Positions 26,405-36,234 of a stretch of 61,138 bases of DNA are shown here, in pieces. Numbering within the stretch: the stretch's first letter is position 1; each line of letters starts with the position of its first letter. The DNA is from an uncultured bacterium (GTDB lineage Bacteria > Patescibacteriota > Minisyncoccia > Phycocordibacterales > PALSA-1337), in assembly GCA_903837075.1 (NCBI GenBank), contig CAILTI010000025.1, forward strand, positions 1 through 61,138, given 5' to 3'. The position numbers were made by a program, and so were the translations under genes. The notes below the pieces were generated by a model. The model was not told where the DNA came from. It was given only the letters and a program-made list of their open reading frames with translations, and searched no databases.

Positions 26405-29400
26405 CTAGATTCCCAATTTTACCGACATATCACCGACCATTTGCGTCTCCCCCTCAACACCGGTATATAGAATGACATTCAGTGAAGTTGCTCCGATTAT
26501 TGCTGGCTCATTCCTTTCGACGAACTTCCGACCTTCGTCATCGACTTCGATTTTCAAATCTACCTTGTCATTCAGTGTCAGTCCCTTCTCTTTACGCAGA
26601 TCCTGAATCATACGGATAAGTTCACGGACCATGCCTTCTTCCTTGAGTTCCGGAGAGATCATGATATCGAGATCTATTCTCACGCCACCAGAATCTATAA
26701 ATAGATGGTTGTCCTTTTCTACAACTTTAGATTTCGCGTCACTGGACGACGGCTCTAGAGCTGTCGATGCGATAACGACCTTCTCTGACACGACACACTT
26801 TACATTCAATTTTTCTTTGATGATGTCACGAAAACCCTCTGAGATATCTGCCACAGGCTTTTCTGAAGACACTTTCCCTTCATTGGTAACACCAACACCG
26901 AGATCATATACCAATCTCGCCAATGGCTGTCGAACACCTATCTTCTTGTATGAACGTAGAGACAATGCCACTTCGACGATCTTTCGCGTCGTTCCCATCT
27001 GAGCGAGCAACTTCTCATCTATCTTGTGTGCGGTCGGCCAATTCTCTAGATGCACACTCTCGAGCTCGCCTCCTACCTCTCCGTAAACGTGATCCGCGAA
27101 AAATGGTGCCATAGGTGCCATGACCTTCGAAAGCGTCATGAGGACATAGCGTAGAGTCATGAGCGCCTCAGACTTCTCTGTGGCACTACCCTTGAAACGA
27201 TCCCTGGAACTCTGCAAATACCACTGAGAAAGATCGGCGATAAAATCTCTGATCGCTCTAGTTGGTTCTAGGAATTTGTAAGCATCTAGATTTTCCGTAA
27301 CAGTCTGAATGAGCTGATCCAGGCGGTTCAATATCCATCGATCGAGGACATTCGAGAGACTAGAGTTCCAACCTTCACCAAGATTTCGGCTGGTGGATAC
27401 CGTGTAAGATATGGAGTGATCGGCATACAATTTGTAGAATGACAAAACATTCTCCACCATATTGAATACTTTCTTGACCATCTCATCAACGGTCTTCTCG
27501 TCAAAGTTTTTGGAATCGCCAGGTTGATTGACCGAATACATCCACAGACGCAATGCATCAACTCCGTATTTATCCATCATTTCCCATGGACTAACGACGT
27601 TACCTATCGACTTGCTCATCTTCTTGCCCTTCACATCTAGAACGTGCCCGAGACAAATAACATTCTTGTAGGCCGCTCCTTTGCCCATGATCGTACCGAT
27701 CGCATGCAATGTGTAGAACCACCCCCTTGTCTGATCGATCGCCTCAGAAATGAAATCCGCCGGATATGGCATCTTCTCATTCTTTGCACCCAAGATATGA
27801 TCTTGCGCAAAAGGCATAGATCCAGAATCGAACCAGACGTCCATAACCTCCTTGGCACGGTTCATCGGACTACCACAATCACAGACCAATTTCACAGCAT
27901 CTATGAATGGTCGGTGTAGATCGAGTTCATAGTTGGCATCATGTGGCACCTTGGAAAATTCTACTTTTCTAACCTCGGCATTCCCGATAAAATCGCCGGT
28001 TTTTCTCAGACCTTTGGCACTCTCTATATCGATACCCATAGCCGCCGCACACAGCAGCATTGCAGGAGTCTCATGAGTGATGATCAATATATTCTTTCCT
28101 TCATATTTACTATCAATATCATAGAGAAATTCGCCTGTTCTTTTCTTTATATCCATGTAATCCTCTCCACCCTCTGGCCTCCAGAACCATCTATCCTGAC
28201 CAGCGTGAGCGTGACCGAGTTCAGAAACTGGCTTACCCTCGAAAACTCCAGTGCTATATTCTCCGACACGTTTATCGACGATCACCTGTGACGCATCCAA
28301 CCCTAGTGCAGGCGCCACGATCTTGGCGGTTTCCAATGTTCGTAATATTGGTGAAACATATATGAGATCGATCTTCAATGACTTCAGTTGTTTCATCGCT
28401 GTCTCGATCTGCGTCCTACCTTTCATGGTCAGATGATTCGTCGTCGTGATACTACTGTCGAGAATGCCCAAGATATTATTATCAGCCTCACCATGTCGCA
28501 TGACATGATATGTATTCCTCGGTTTCTCGATGATCTCAGCAACAGAGCCGATCACCCTGTTAGCATGACAAGAGTGACATGTCCATACCGGTAACGGCGT
28601 TCCCCAGTATCTCTCACGCGATATTGCCCAATCTTTGACTTCACGAAGCCACTCACCAAACCTCCCTTCTTTGGTATGGTCTGGCTCCCAATGAATGCTC
28701 TCATTTTCCTTGACCAACTTTTTGCGAAGTTCTGACATCCGGATGTACCAGCTGTCACGTGCAAAATATATGAGTGGCGTATGACAGCGCCAACAGAATG
28801 GATATGTATGCTCGTATTTTTCCTTGGCAAACAAAAGTCCGCGGCCTGCCAGGTCCCTGATGATGGTCACGTCGGTGTTAGGATCTTTGACAAAGGCACC
28901 AGCCAAGAATCCAGCCTCCTTCTTGAATGTCCCGTCCTCATGAACCAGATGATATTTTGGCAAACCAACCTTTGTACCGAGTTCAAAGTCATCCTGACCA
29001 TACATGACCGCCGTATGCACTATACCTGTACCATCAGACGTCGTGACGAAGTCCGCAGCATATACTTTGTAGGCGTTTCCTAATTTTTCCTTTTCAGCAC
29101 CTGATATATGGTCTTTGAGAAATGGGTAAAGTGGCTCGTACTCTACTCCGACGAGGGCGGAACCTTTGATGGTTTCGACTATTTCTGGTTCAGTGAATTG
29201 ACCTTTGATCACTTCATATCTGTCCTTGGCAACTATATAGGTTTCTTCTGCGCTCCTGACCTTCACATAATCAATCTTCGGATTTACTGCCAAACCAACA
29301 TTGCCTGGCAATGTCCACGGCGTGGTCGTCCATGCCAATAGATATGTAGGCGATGTCTGATTCTGAATTTTGGATTTTGGATTTGTTTCGGATTTTGGAT

Positions 29401-30079
29401 TTGGAATTTTGAATTTGACTGTCAACGAGAGGTCCTTCACTGTCTGATATCCTTGTGCCAATTCATGAGAAGATAATGCCGTACCACATCTCGGACACCA
29501 AGGCACCACCTTATAATCTTTATAGAGTAACTCTTTCTCATCCGCGGTTTTTATGACATTCCAAACTGCCTCGATATATTTTGGCTTGTATGTGATGTAT
29601 GGATCCTTGAGATCTGCCCAGTAACCGATCCTCTCCGTGAACTCTGTCCATTCATTTACATATCTCCAAACACTCTCTTTGCATTTGTCATTGAATGCAC
29701 CGATGCCATAGGAATCGATCTCTTTCTTGGACTTCAATCCTAGCTCTTTCTCCACTTGCAGTTCGACTGGTAGTCCATGAGTATCCCAACCTCCTTTCCT
29801 TCGCACATGATAACCGCGCATAGTTTTGTAGCGTGGAATGGCGTCCTTGAATGCACGCGCCTCGAGGTGGTGAATACCTGGATGCCCATTGGCTGTCGGT
29901 GGTCCTTCATAGAAAACGAACTCCCCTTTTGGAGCCTTGCCGGCAGGCCATTTATTCAATGATTTTTCGAAAATACCCTTCTCTTTCCATCGTGCCAAAA
30001 TCTTCTCCTCACGAAGCGCGTGAGTGCTTTTCAGGATCTTGACTCCTTCGGGCTTTGTGTTGTCTATCTGATCAGCCAT
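26405..30079 (-). CDS. ileS: Isoleucyl-tRNA synthetase (type 2) with an embedded histidine-phosphatase domain
   Basis: PTANGHPGIHH, WTTTPWTLP, KMSKSIGN. 1224 aa; residues ~520-712 are a PGAM-like domain. Confidence 0.97.
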   Translation of the reverse strand: MADQIDNTKPEGVKILKSTHALREEKILARWKEKGIFEKSLNKWPAGKAPKGEFVFYEGPPTANGHPGIHHLEARAFKDAIPRYKTMRGYHVRRKGGWDTHGLPVELQVEKELGLKSKKEIDSYGIGAFNDKCKESVWRYVNEWTEFTERIGYWADLKDPYITYKPKYIEAVWNVIKTADEKELLYKDYKVVPWCPRCGTALSSHELAQGYQTVKDLSLTVKFKIPNPKSETNPKSKIQNQTSPTYLLAWTTTPWTLPGNVGLAVNPKIDYVKVRSAEETYIVAKDRYEVIKGQFTEPEIVETIKGSALVGVEYEPLYPFLKDHISGAEKEKLGNAYKVYAADFVTTSDGTGIVHTAVMYGQDDFELGTKVGLPKYHLVHEDGTFKKEAGFLAGAFVKDPNTDVTIIRDLAGRGLLFAKEKYEHTYPFCWRCHTPLIYFARDSWYIRMSELRKKLVKENESIHWEPDHTKEGRFGEWLREVKDWAISRERYWGTPLPVWTCHSCHANRVIGSVAEIIEKPRNTYHVMRHGEADNNILGILDSSITTTNHLTMKGRTQIETAMKQLKSLKIDLIYVSPILRTLETAKIVAPALGLDASQVIVDKRVGEYSTGVFEGKPVSELGHAHAGQDRWFWRPEGGEDYMDIKKRTGEFLYDIDSKYEGKNILIITHETPAMLLCAAAMGIDIESAKGLRKTGDFIGNAEVRKVEFSKVPHDANYELDLHRPFIDAVKLVCDCGSPMNRAKEVMDVWFDSGSMPFAQDHILGAKNEKMPYPADFISEAIDQTRGWFYTLHAIGTIMGKGAAYKNVICLGHVLDVKGKKMSKSIGNVVSPWEMMDKYGVDALRLWMYSVNQPGDSKNFDEKTVDEMVKKVFNMVENVLSFYKLYADHSISYTVSTSRNLGEGWNSSLSNVLDRWILNRLDQLIQTVTENLDAYKFLEPTRAIRDFIADLSQWYLQSSRDRFKGSATEKSEALMTLRYVLMTLSKVMAPMAPFFADHVYGEVGGELESVHLENWPTAHKIDEKLLAQMGTTRKIVEVALSLRSYKKIGVRQPLARLVYDLGVGVTNEGKVSSEKPVADISEGFRDIIKEKLNVKCVVSEKVVIASTALEPSSSDAKSKVVEKDNHLFIDSGGVRIDLDIMISPELKEEGMVRELIRMIQDLRKEKGLTLNDKVDLKIEVDDEGRKFVERNEPAIIGATSLNVILYTGVEGETQMVGDMSVKLGI

Positions 30080-30233
30080 TTTGTTTGTAGGCCTATTCTA
30101 GCACCAAGGATAGATCCTGTCAGTAAATAGCACGTAAGCATCCCCCACCGTACATGAGTGAATCTGCGGGGGCAAGGAGGTCGCGCGCGCTCATTTCATA
30201 TTGAATATTCCGCAAGCAGTGAATTCAAAGCAA

Positions 30234-33200
30234 TCAAAGCTTCGCTGCGGAGAAAGCACAGCCGACATAGGAATACGAGACCCCCGGACCGCCCGTGAGG
30301 ACGCGGCCGCCGACAGCACCGAAGTCCCCGGCGAAAACGACGTAGCCAAAGGACGTGCGCGATTTAGTCCATGAATATGTATTTGGCAACAGTCGTTCGC
30401 CTGTAGCACGTTCCGTTAGGACCGTACGATAGAACCATTCAATGAATGATTCGCGGAACATCTGGGTCAATTTCAATTTTTCAAGAGTATCCGCGGCTGA
30501 TTTCCACTTAGGATCGTCTGATGACATAGAGTCGTCTTGAAGCTTTCTGAATTCTTGTTTATTGCTTTTCAGAGCAATCCATTCTCCGAGAGCTTCCTTG
30601 ACGTCCTTGGGCATCTCTTCATTTCCATATAAACCAACAACATAATCAGCCAAAACACCGGTCTGTTCGAGATAGTTTCTGTTCGTCGATTCAGGAATCA
30701 TGTCCTTCGAGACGAGTTTCCAGCGTAATTCTGCCCCTTCTTTAGTAAAGAATTTTTCATTTTTATACCACTCAGTATCGTAAAGAAGTTTTGTAGCGTC
30801 TTTTTTCTTATCCCCTAGCATTCCGTAAAGTCTTTTCCCATCAACCTTTTCAAAACTTCCATGCATACTTGACACAGGAATTATCTGACTACCCCCATAT
30901 AATATAAGTTGGTGTGTATCCTTCAGCCTCTCAATTAATTCTAGTGAAAAAGGAATATCCGGAATTTTTTCTGGAAATTCTAGTCCTAGTGCCGCTTTAA
31001 CCTCCTCCGGTCCATAGAAATTCGCTCCCATGATTTCCTTGGCTTCTTTCATTGTAATGCCTTCATGTGGTAAAGAAGCCTCAAAAGTACTCCACCCCTT
31101 CTCCATTTCATCTCTCATATTTACGACTCTCGCCATATCTCCAGTCCTAGCACATTCATCGAGTAATACTTGGAACTCATGAGTTTTATTCGTGCAGCTT
31201 TCAATGAATTGATCAACAAGCGAAACAACTGCTGGAATTTTATAACCCTTAAATTTTTCCTTGGTAGTTTTCAGTCTTTCGGAATATGATTGTTGGAATA
31301 ACTCCAATTCATTCAATTTTTCCGCTACCGCAATGTCCGGACTAATTGCTTCCTCCGATACTGTCCCCTTCTTCCTATAATCCGGCCATCTTGTTCTTTC
31401 CGGCCCTGTACCGAAAACAGTATCGACTACCTGGCGCGGGCCGTTAAATTCTATTTTCGGCGCAGGGACTTCTGGAGCGCTCACTTTGAAAGCGGAAACT
31501 GTGCCTTTCGAGCCATAATCAGGGTTCTGTTCCCATTTACCTCCTTGGAAAAATCCATACTGATCCTTGAACAGTTGATACAAATAGGCCTTGTCGGAAA
31601 GCTTTGTGGGCTGATTGACGAATTCGGTAAAAACATAGTGATCAAGCTCGTTCCGATAACCATCATTCTGCCAAGCCGTTATTATCCTGTCCATGCCGCG
31701 TATAGACAGCACACCCTCTTTCAGGCGATATTCAAACGACGTAGTTCCACCGCCCTGATTGAAGAATTGCGATTTATCGACAGAACCGCCGGAAAAATTG
31801 TCTTCCGTGGCACGCGCGGCCTTGGCCAGATTCCAGAGCTTGCGCAATTCGCCTTCAGGTATTTCTATATTACCGTTCTTATCCATAACTCGTGACACGA
31901 TCAATTCAAAAAGCTCATTCCTGCCACCCCTGCCGTCGCCAGCGCTCGCTTCATCCAGTGTACCGACTTTCACCTGCGGCAAATAATCATGCTTCATCAA
32001 ATGCAGTCGTGAGAGAAAAGCTGGATCAAGATCCTGGCGCATGACATAACGATCGGCACCGCCTTCATTTATATTACCCGTGAGTATGAAGCCAAATCCT
32101 TCTGCAATCTTCACTTCACTGCCACTATTTTGTTGTATCCTGATAACATCTCCGACCTTACGAGTGAGAAGATGATTCAGACTGATCAAAACATCGTGCG
32201 GGATAGCATTGACCTCGTCGAGAATGATCGGTCGGCCTTCAGACATGGCTTGGTAGACTTGACCCATATAAAAGTCGGAGACTGTACCGCTACGATACTC
32301 GTAAGCCAATCTTTCCTGCAAACCGGATTTGATCAGATCGAACTGCTGTTCGGCCTCTTTATCTTTTGCTTCAGGATTTTCTTTCCTCCACCTATCCATT
32401 TCATCGTTTACCGTCTTTAGGAAAGTTTTATAGCGCTTTTCCGATTCGTTAGGATCGACTTCACGCAAACTCAAAACTTGATGACCAAAAAGCTCCGCAG
32501 GTGAAGTATGTTTCGAACCAGAGATGATCAACGCTTCTTTATCAAAATATTTGCGCGCTACGTGAAAAGCCAGTTCAGTTTTTCCTGATCCAAGATGGCC
32601 GTGAATAAATACCGGCTGGCCGGCTCGAACATGGGAAACTATTTCTTCTGCTTGCTTGCGCACGTAATCCGTCTCGACTATCTTGCCAGATTCTAGTTGC
32701 TCCTTGTACCCCTTCAATTCTTTTAGGTTAAGTCCGTACCATGCTTCCGGAGATGATTGCTTTAATTTCTCGCCTGCCGCATCTAGTGCGCGTTCTTTTT
32801 CTGCTGCCTTGGATAACAAGGTCCGCTCTGCAGAAACTGACTTGCCAGCACCCTGATTGGTTATCATTTTCTTGATAATGCCAGTTTCAAATGCGACTAT
32901 TCGTCCGCGTTCCCTTTCTAGTGCAGCTTCCGTCTTCATTGCCCGAGACAAGTTCATCCACCTCAAAGAGGCCAGGGCTTTTTCCGGAGAGGCTCCGTCT
33001 CCCAAAAGCTTTTCGTAGGCTTCCTCGTGTGCGATCTTCTCCGCCTGTATACTGTCAGCATCAGATTCGTTCAGAGGCTCGATACCGAGCTCTGACAAGA
33101 GCTTCTCGTCTGCCTTGCCGCTTTCAGAAACGTTCACGAAGTCCACTTCCACTTTTCCACCCAACGCAACAGACTTGCGTTTCAAAACTTCTGCCTTGTT

Positions 33201-33539
33201 TACATTTGACTCAGCTTTGACCCACTCATCAGTAGATAAAGGTTGACCATCCATCAACGCTTCAGCAATCAACTTGCCCGAAAGCGGATCCTCCGGTTTG
33301 GTGTCTTCAATAATTCTTATTTTATAAGGCCTACCAGGTTCAATATTCGATCCTACCGGAAGTTCTATTGACTTTCTGTCAGGGCTGCTTGATTTGTAGC
33401 CGATAACTTTACCTTTTTTGTCTTTGATTTCTTTGAAAACAACGTCCTCCAGAATTTTTTCTTTGCCAACAGCAGATTCTGTAGTCATGGCCGGTTTCTG
33501 TTGATCTTCTGGTGTTCTTGGACTTTCTGGTGATTTCAT
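30234..33539 (-). CDS. 1101-aa MoxR/AAA_5-type AAA+ ATPase with large unassigned N- and C-terminal regions
   Basis: Walker A GHLGSGKT (res 314-321), Walker B PIILDEVN, sensor FILTGN, DPAFLSRL. Confidence 0.8.
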   Translation of the reverse strand: MKSPESPRTPEDQQKPAMTTESAVGKEKILEDVVFKEIKDKKGKVIGYKSSSPDRKSIELPVGSNIEPGRPYKIRIIEDTKPEDPLSGKLIAEALMDGQPLSTDEWVKAESNVNKAEVLKRKSVALGGKVEVDFVNVSESGKADEKLLSELGIEPLNESDADSIQAEKIAHEEAYEKLLGDGASPEKALASLRWMNLSRAMKTEAALERERGRIVAFETGIIKKMITNQGAGKSVSAERTLLSKAAEKERALDAAGEKLKQSSPEAWYGLNLKELKGYKEQLESGKIVETDYVRKQAEEIVSHVRAGQPVFIHGHLGSGKTELAFHVARKYFDKEALIISGSKHTSPAELFGHQVLSLREVDPNESEKRYKTFLKTVNDEMDRWRKENPEAKDKEAEQQFDLIKSGLQERLAYEYRSGTVSDFYMGQVYQAMSEGRPIILDEVNAIPHDVLISLNHLLTRKVGDVIRIQQNSGSEVKIAEGFGFILTGNINEGGADRYVMRQDLDPAFLSRLHLMKHDYLPQVKVGTLDEASAGDGRGGRNELFELIVSRVMDKNGNIEIPEGELRKLWNLAKAARATEDNFSGGSVDKSQFFNQGGGTTSFEYRLKEGVLSIRGMDRIITAWQNDGYRNELDHYVFTEFVNQPTKLSDKAYLYQLFKDQYGFFQGGKWEQNPDYGSKGTVSAFKVSAPEVPAPKIEFNGPRQVVDTVFGTGPERTRWPDYRKKGTVSEEAISPDIAVAEKLNELELFQQSYSERLKTTKEKFKGYKIPAVVSLVDQFIESCTNKTHEFQVLLDECARTGDMARVVNMRDEMEKGWSTFEASLPHEGITMKEAKEIMGANFYGPEEVKAALGLEFPEKIPDIPFSLELIERLKDTHQLILYGGSQIIPVSSMHGSFEKVDGKRLYGMLGDKKKDATKLLYDTEWYKNEKFFTKEGAELRWKLVSKDMIPESTNRNYLEQTGVLADYVVGLYGNEEMPKDVKEALGEWIALKSNKQEFRKLQDDSMSSDDPKWKSAADTLEKLKLTQMFRESFIEWFYRTVLTERATGERLLPNTYSWTKSRTSFGYVVFAGDFGAVGGRVLTGGPGVSYSYVGCAFSAAKL

Positions 33540-33614
33540 GATATTAAATGGTATTAAAATGCCTATATTTTAGGCCATATTTAGATTTCTAAGATAATCG
33601 ATCACCATGTGTAC

Positions 33615-33643
33615 TTGACAAATATGGTGGGGTCTGCTATATT
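33615..33643 (+). promoter_or_regulatory. Sigma70-like promoter TTGACA-17-TATATT
   Basis: TTGACA at 33615-33620, TATATT at 33638-33643. Confidence 0.45.
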
Positions 33644-33649
33644 AATAAC

Positions 33650-33883
33650 GGTATAGAGGGTTCGTGAAGTGTTTCCGAAACTCTCAATTGTTCGTTAAGA
33701 TCGGTGCGCGAGGGCATATTGTAAATGGTACTGACCATTCAATAATACCACGTAGATATGGGTTAGCCAAACCCACACATGCACAGCGCTTTCATTAAGC
33801 TCCGCTGATCGGAAAGGCCTAGCCACGGCCGACCGCAAAGCGTAGTCATACCCCCCATAAAAAAATGGGGGGTGTTCTATTTT
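33650..33883 (+). ncRNA. Candidate ~234-nt RNA between the vWA and AAA+ genes, antisense orientation, class unknown
   Basis: Consensus promoter plus CCCCCCA taaaaaaa TGGGGGG followed by a T-rich tail. The 3' half is GC-rich and structured. Confidence 0.35.
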
Positions 33884-33899
33884 CGAGATAATGCCATTC

Positions 33900-36224
33900 T
33901 CATATTGATACGTCCCCTAGATACTCCTTCAATGCCTTTGTAATGGCTGGAATAAGAGCGGAGATGTTCACACCCACACGTAAACCACATTCCTTTTCCC
34001 TGCCTTCATTCCATACAGAATCAAAGATGTTTTGTTCACTACGACTCACTTGACCTATTTGAAAAGCTCTCGTAATAACCTTTTTTTCTATCAACTTATC
34101 CACGGCTACCCTAGCATCATCGGGACTACTAGATCCACCGTCGGTTATTTCGAAAACTATATCCATAATCTTGCCGGATTCTATTCTTTCTGTATCATCA
34201 GGCGTTAGTGAATCCAAAATACTGGAAAGAGCCACGTCGTCATACGTACCCCCATTGGCATCTTGAATATGGTTAAAGATAGAAACCATTTCTATATTAT
34301 CCCTATCGTCAGATGATTTAATTTTTTCTGCAGTATTACCGAATGTCCAACCTTCGGTTTCGATTTCCAGTTTTGATCTTGTTTCGGCTCTCGTAACATT
34401 CAAATATGTTTGGAACTCATCCAATGAACTGAATACGAGCGTCATTGCCAGTTGCAAAATATGTAATCTTTCATCATTCATAGAACCAGACATATCGCCG
34501 ACGACGCGCACACGGATAAGCTCTGGTTTTTGAGTCACTACTTCTTTGTCTTCTATTTTTTTGAATATTTTCGTTTGCTCGAATTTGCCTTCCTGGATAC
34601 TTCCCCAATCTTCGATAGTTTTTTGGATATCCAGCTCGTCTCCTGTTTTAAAGTGTCCTTCCATTCCACGCACGATCTCCCGCGATGTGCCAAATATTAT
34701 ATGCCTCCACAGTGCAGACAATTCGTCCAGATAAGGAGCGATCTCCGCTTGAACCTGCCTGAATCTGGCAAGATTTTCTAGAAGTTGTTCCTTGGAAAGT
34801 CCTCGTGAAGCGTTCTTCTTAGCCCATTGCTCATCTTCATTTTTCTGCGTATCGGTTGCCTTTTCTTGCGGGGTCCGCTCATCTTCTGCCTTGAGCTTTT
34901 TTTCTTCTTCATCCTTGGCCTGTTCCACCTTTTTCATTTCCTCTTCCTTCTTTCCTTTCACCTCTTCAAACTTTTTGAACAAATCCTTCATATCCTCAGG
35001 TGGCAATTGATCAATGGTATTTTCTTGCCATTCTTTTATTTCTTTTTCAAAAGGAGTTGTGGGTGGCAATTCACCTGTCTCTACACCCCCGTTCTCTCCT
35101 TTTGATTCCTGGGGTTCTTGTGGCTTTTCTTTTTCACCTTGATCTTTTGTATCCTCTGACTCCTGTGATTGTTCCTCTGGCGGCTTCCATTCCGGTTTCC
35201 AATCCGCGATATCTTTTGCCAAAAGTTCTTTGAATATCGGTTCCAGTGTTCTCCTCAGAATAGTATAACGTTCACCAGCTTTTGTATCTCTACCAGTCCT
35301 TGGTTTGATGAAAGTAGTAATGAGCTCCTTTGCGGTATACGATTTTCCAGCAAATTGAATTTTTCTATTTAGTGCCTCCTCCACATCCGGCGAAACGACA
35401 CATTGTTCGTCAGGAACATTGTCGTCACGCAAAAGTTTATTGATGAATTGGCGATGCCGTGACTCACCTTTTGAATAATCAAATCCCGGAAATAATTTTT
35501 CCTTGTAAAGCGATTCTATTTCCTTGCCGCCTTCTGTGCCTCTCTCGAACGAAGCGGCCTTACGCGAAACAGCATTGTTGACCCAGATATCATCTAAAGA
35601 GTTATAAAATGGATGATGTATTTTGTAGGCCGACTGCGCCAAGCTATTGAATGTGCCCATTTCCGGCCTTTCTGGATTGGCCGGTGTTGTTTTTTTAAGA
35701 TGATCGAGGAAAGCTTTTTGCTTTGGATCGCTTTGATCGAGTACTGTTTCCCACTTGCGCAACATGATGTCGCCAGTTTTTCTGGCCTCATCGGCAATAT
35801 GGTCGAAATTCTGCATCAATCTTTTCGGATCAGTCTTGAAGTCATCAAAGTGCCCAATTTCATGCATACATGCCCACAGAATCTGACGCTCTGAAAAGCC
35901 CTTGTTATAAAACCAGTCGGTGGCCAGATTTACTTCGCCTTTTTGAAAGTCAAAATAGAAAGCCTGACCAAGCTTGAAACGGATCGATGTGTCGCCGGAA
36001 AAACTGGCAAAAAATCCTGTTTTTGAGTATCGGTCGATGAAAGCTTGCGCGCGTTCACGATATGCTTCTATGCCTTCATTGTTTTCAAGAGCTGGGACAG
36101 CGTCAGGTAAGGCAACTTTTGGCTTTTCCAGCGGATCAGGAGAATCCTTGATCGGTTCAGTGACCTCAAAAGATAAAGGTTTCATGTTATCACTATACCT
36201 TATTCCCCATATTTTTCCACACAC
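33900..36224 (-). CDS. HExxH metallopeptidase-like / acidic linker / C-terminal vWA (MIDAS) protein
   Basis: MHEIGH at res 120-125. DMSGS MIDAS at res 577-581, with ..TDGGSS. E/K-rich linker at res 340-470. The track start is a GTG; the ATG at 36185 (MKPLSFEV) is more likely. Confidence 0.8.
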   Translation of the reverse strand: MCGKIWGIRYSDNMKPLSFEVTEPIKDSPDPLEKPKVALPDAVPALENNEGIEAYRERAQAFIDRYSKTGFFASFSGDTSIRFKLGQAFYFDFQKGEVNLATDWFYNKGFSERQILWACMHEIGHFDDFKTDPKRLMQNFDHIADEARKTGDIMLRKWETVLDQSDPKQKAFLDHLKKTTPANPERPEMGTFNSLAQSAYKIHHPFYNSLDDIWVNNAVSRKAASFERGTEGGKEIESLYKEKLFPGFDYSKGESRHRQFINKLLRDDNVPDEQCVVSPDVEEALNRKIQFAGKSYTAKELITTFIKPRTGRDTKAGERYTILRRTLEPIFKELLAKDIADWKPEWKPPEEQSQESEDTKDQGEKEKPQEPQESKGENGGVETGELPPTTPFEKEIKEWQENTIDQLPPEDMKDLFKKFEEVKGKKEEEMKKVEQAKDEEEKKLKAEDERTPQEKATDTQKNEDEQWAKKNASRGLSKEQLLENLARFRQVQAEIAPYLDELSALWRHIIFGTSREIVRGMEGHFKTGDELDIQKTIEDWGSIQEGKFEQTKIFKKIEDKEVVTQKPELIRVRVVGDMSGSMNDERLHILQLAMTLVFSSLDEFQTYLNVTRAETRSKLEIETEGWTFGNTAEKIKSSDDRDNIEMVSIFNHIQDANGGTYDDVALSSILDSLTPDDTERIESGKIMDIVFEITDGGSSSPDDARVAVDKLIEKKVITRAFQIGQVSRSEQNIFDSVWNEGREKECGLRVGVNISALIPAITKALKEYLGDVSI

Positions 36225-36234
36225 CCAAAAAGAT

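Noticed and set aside
26135-26475. Four overlapping 74-83-aa ORFs on both strands in the ileS-recO spacer
   Set aside because: They overlap each other in different frames and are Pro/Arg/Gly-rich, as expected from GC-rich non-coding sequence. They also coincide with a promoter-to-terminator unit full of helices. I treat the region as a structured RNA, not as CDSs.
30180-30400. GC-rich block at the 3' end of the AAA+ gene as an embedded RNA gene or foreign fragment
   Set aside because: The main frame stays open through it and encodes a coherent Gly-rich tail. The overlapping ORF 30191..30409 has no features. I saw no promoter or terminator, and no repeat similarity to families A or B.
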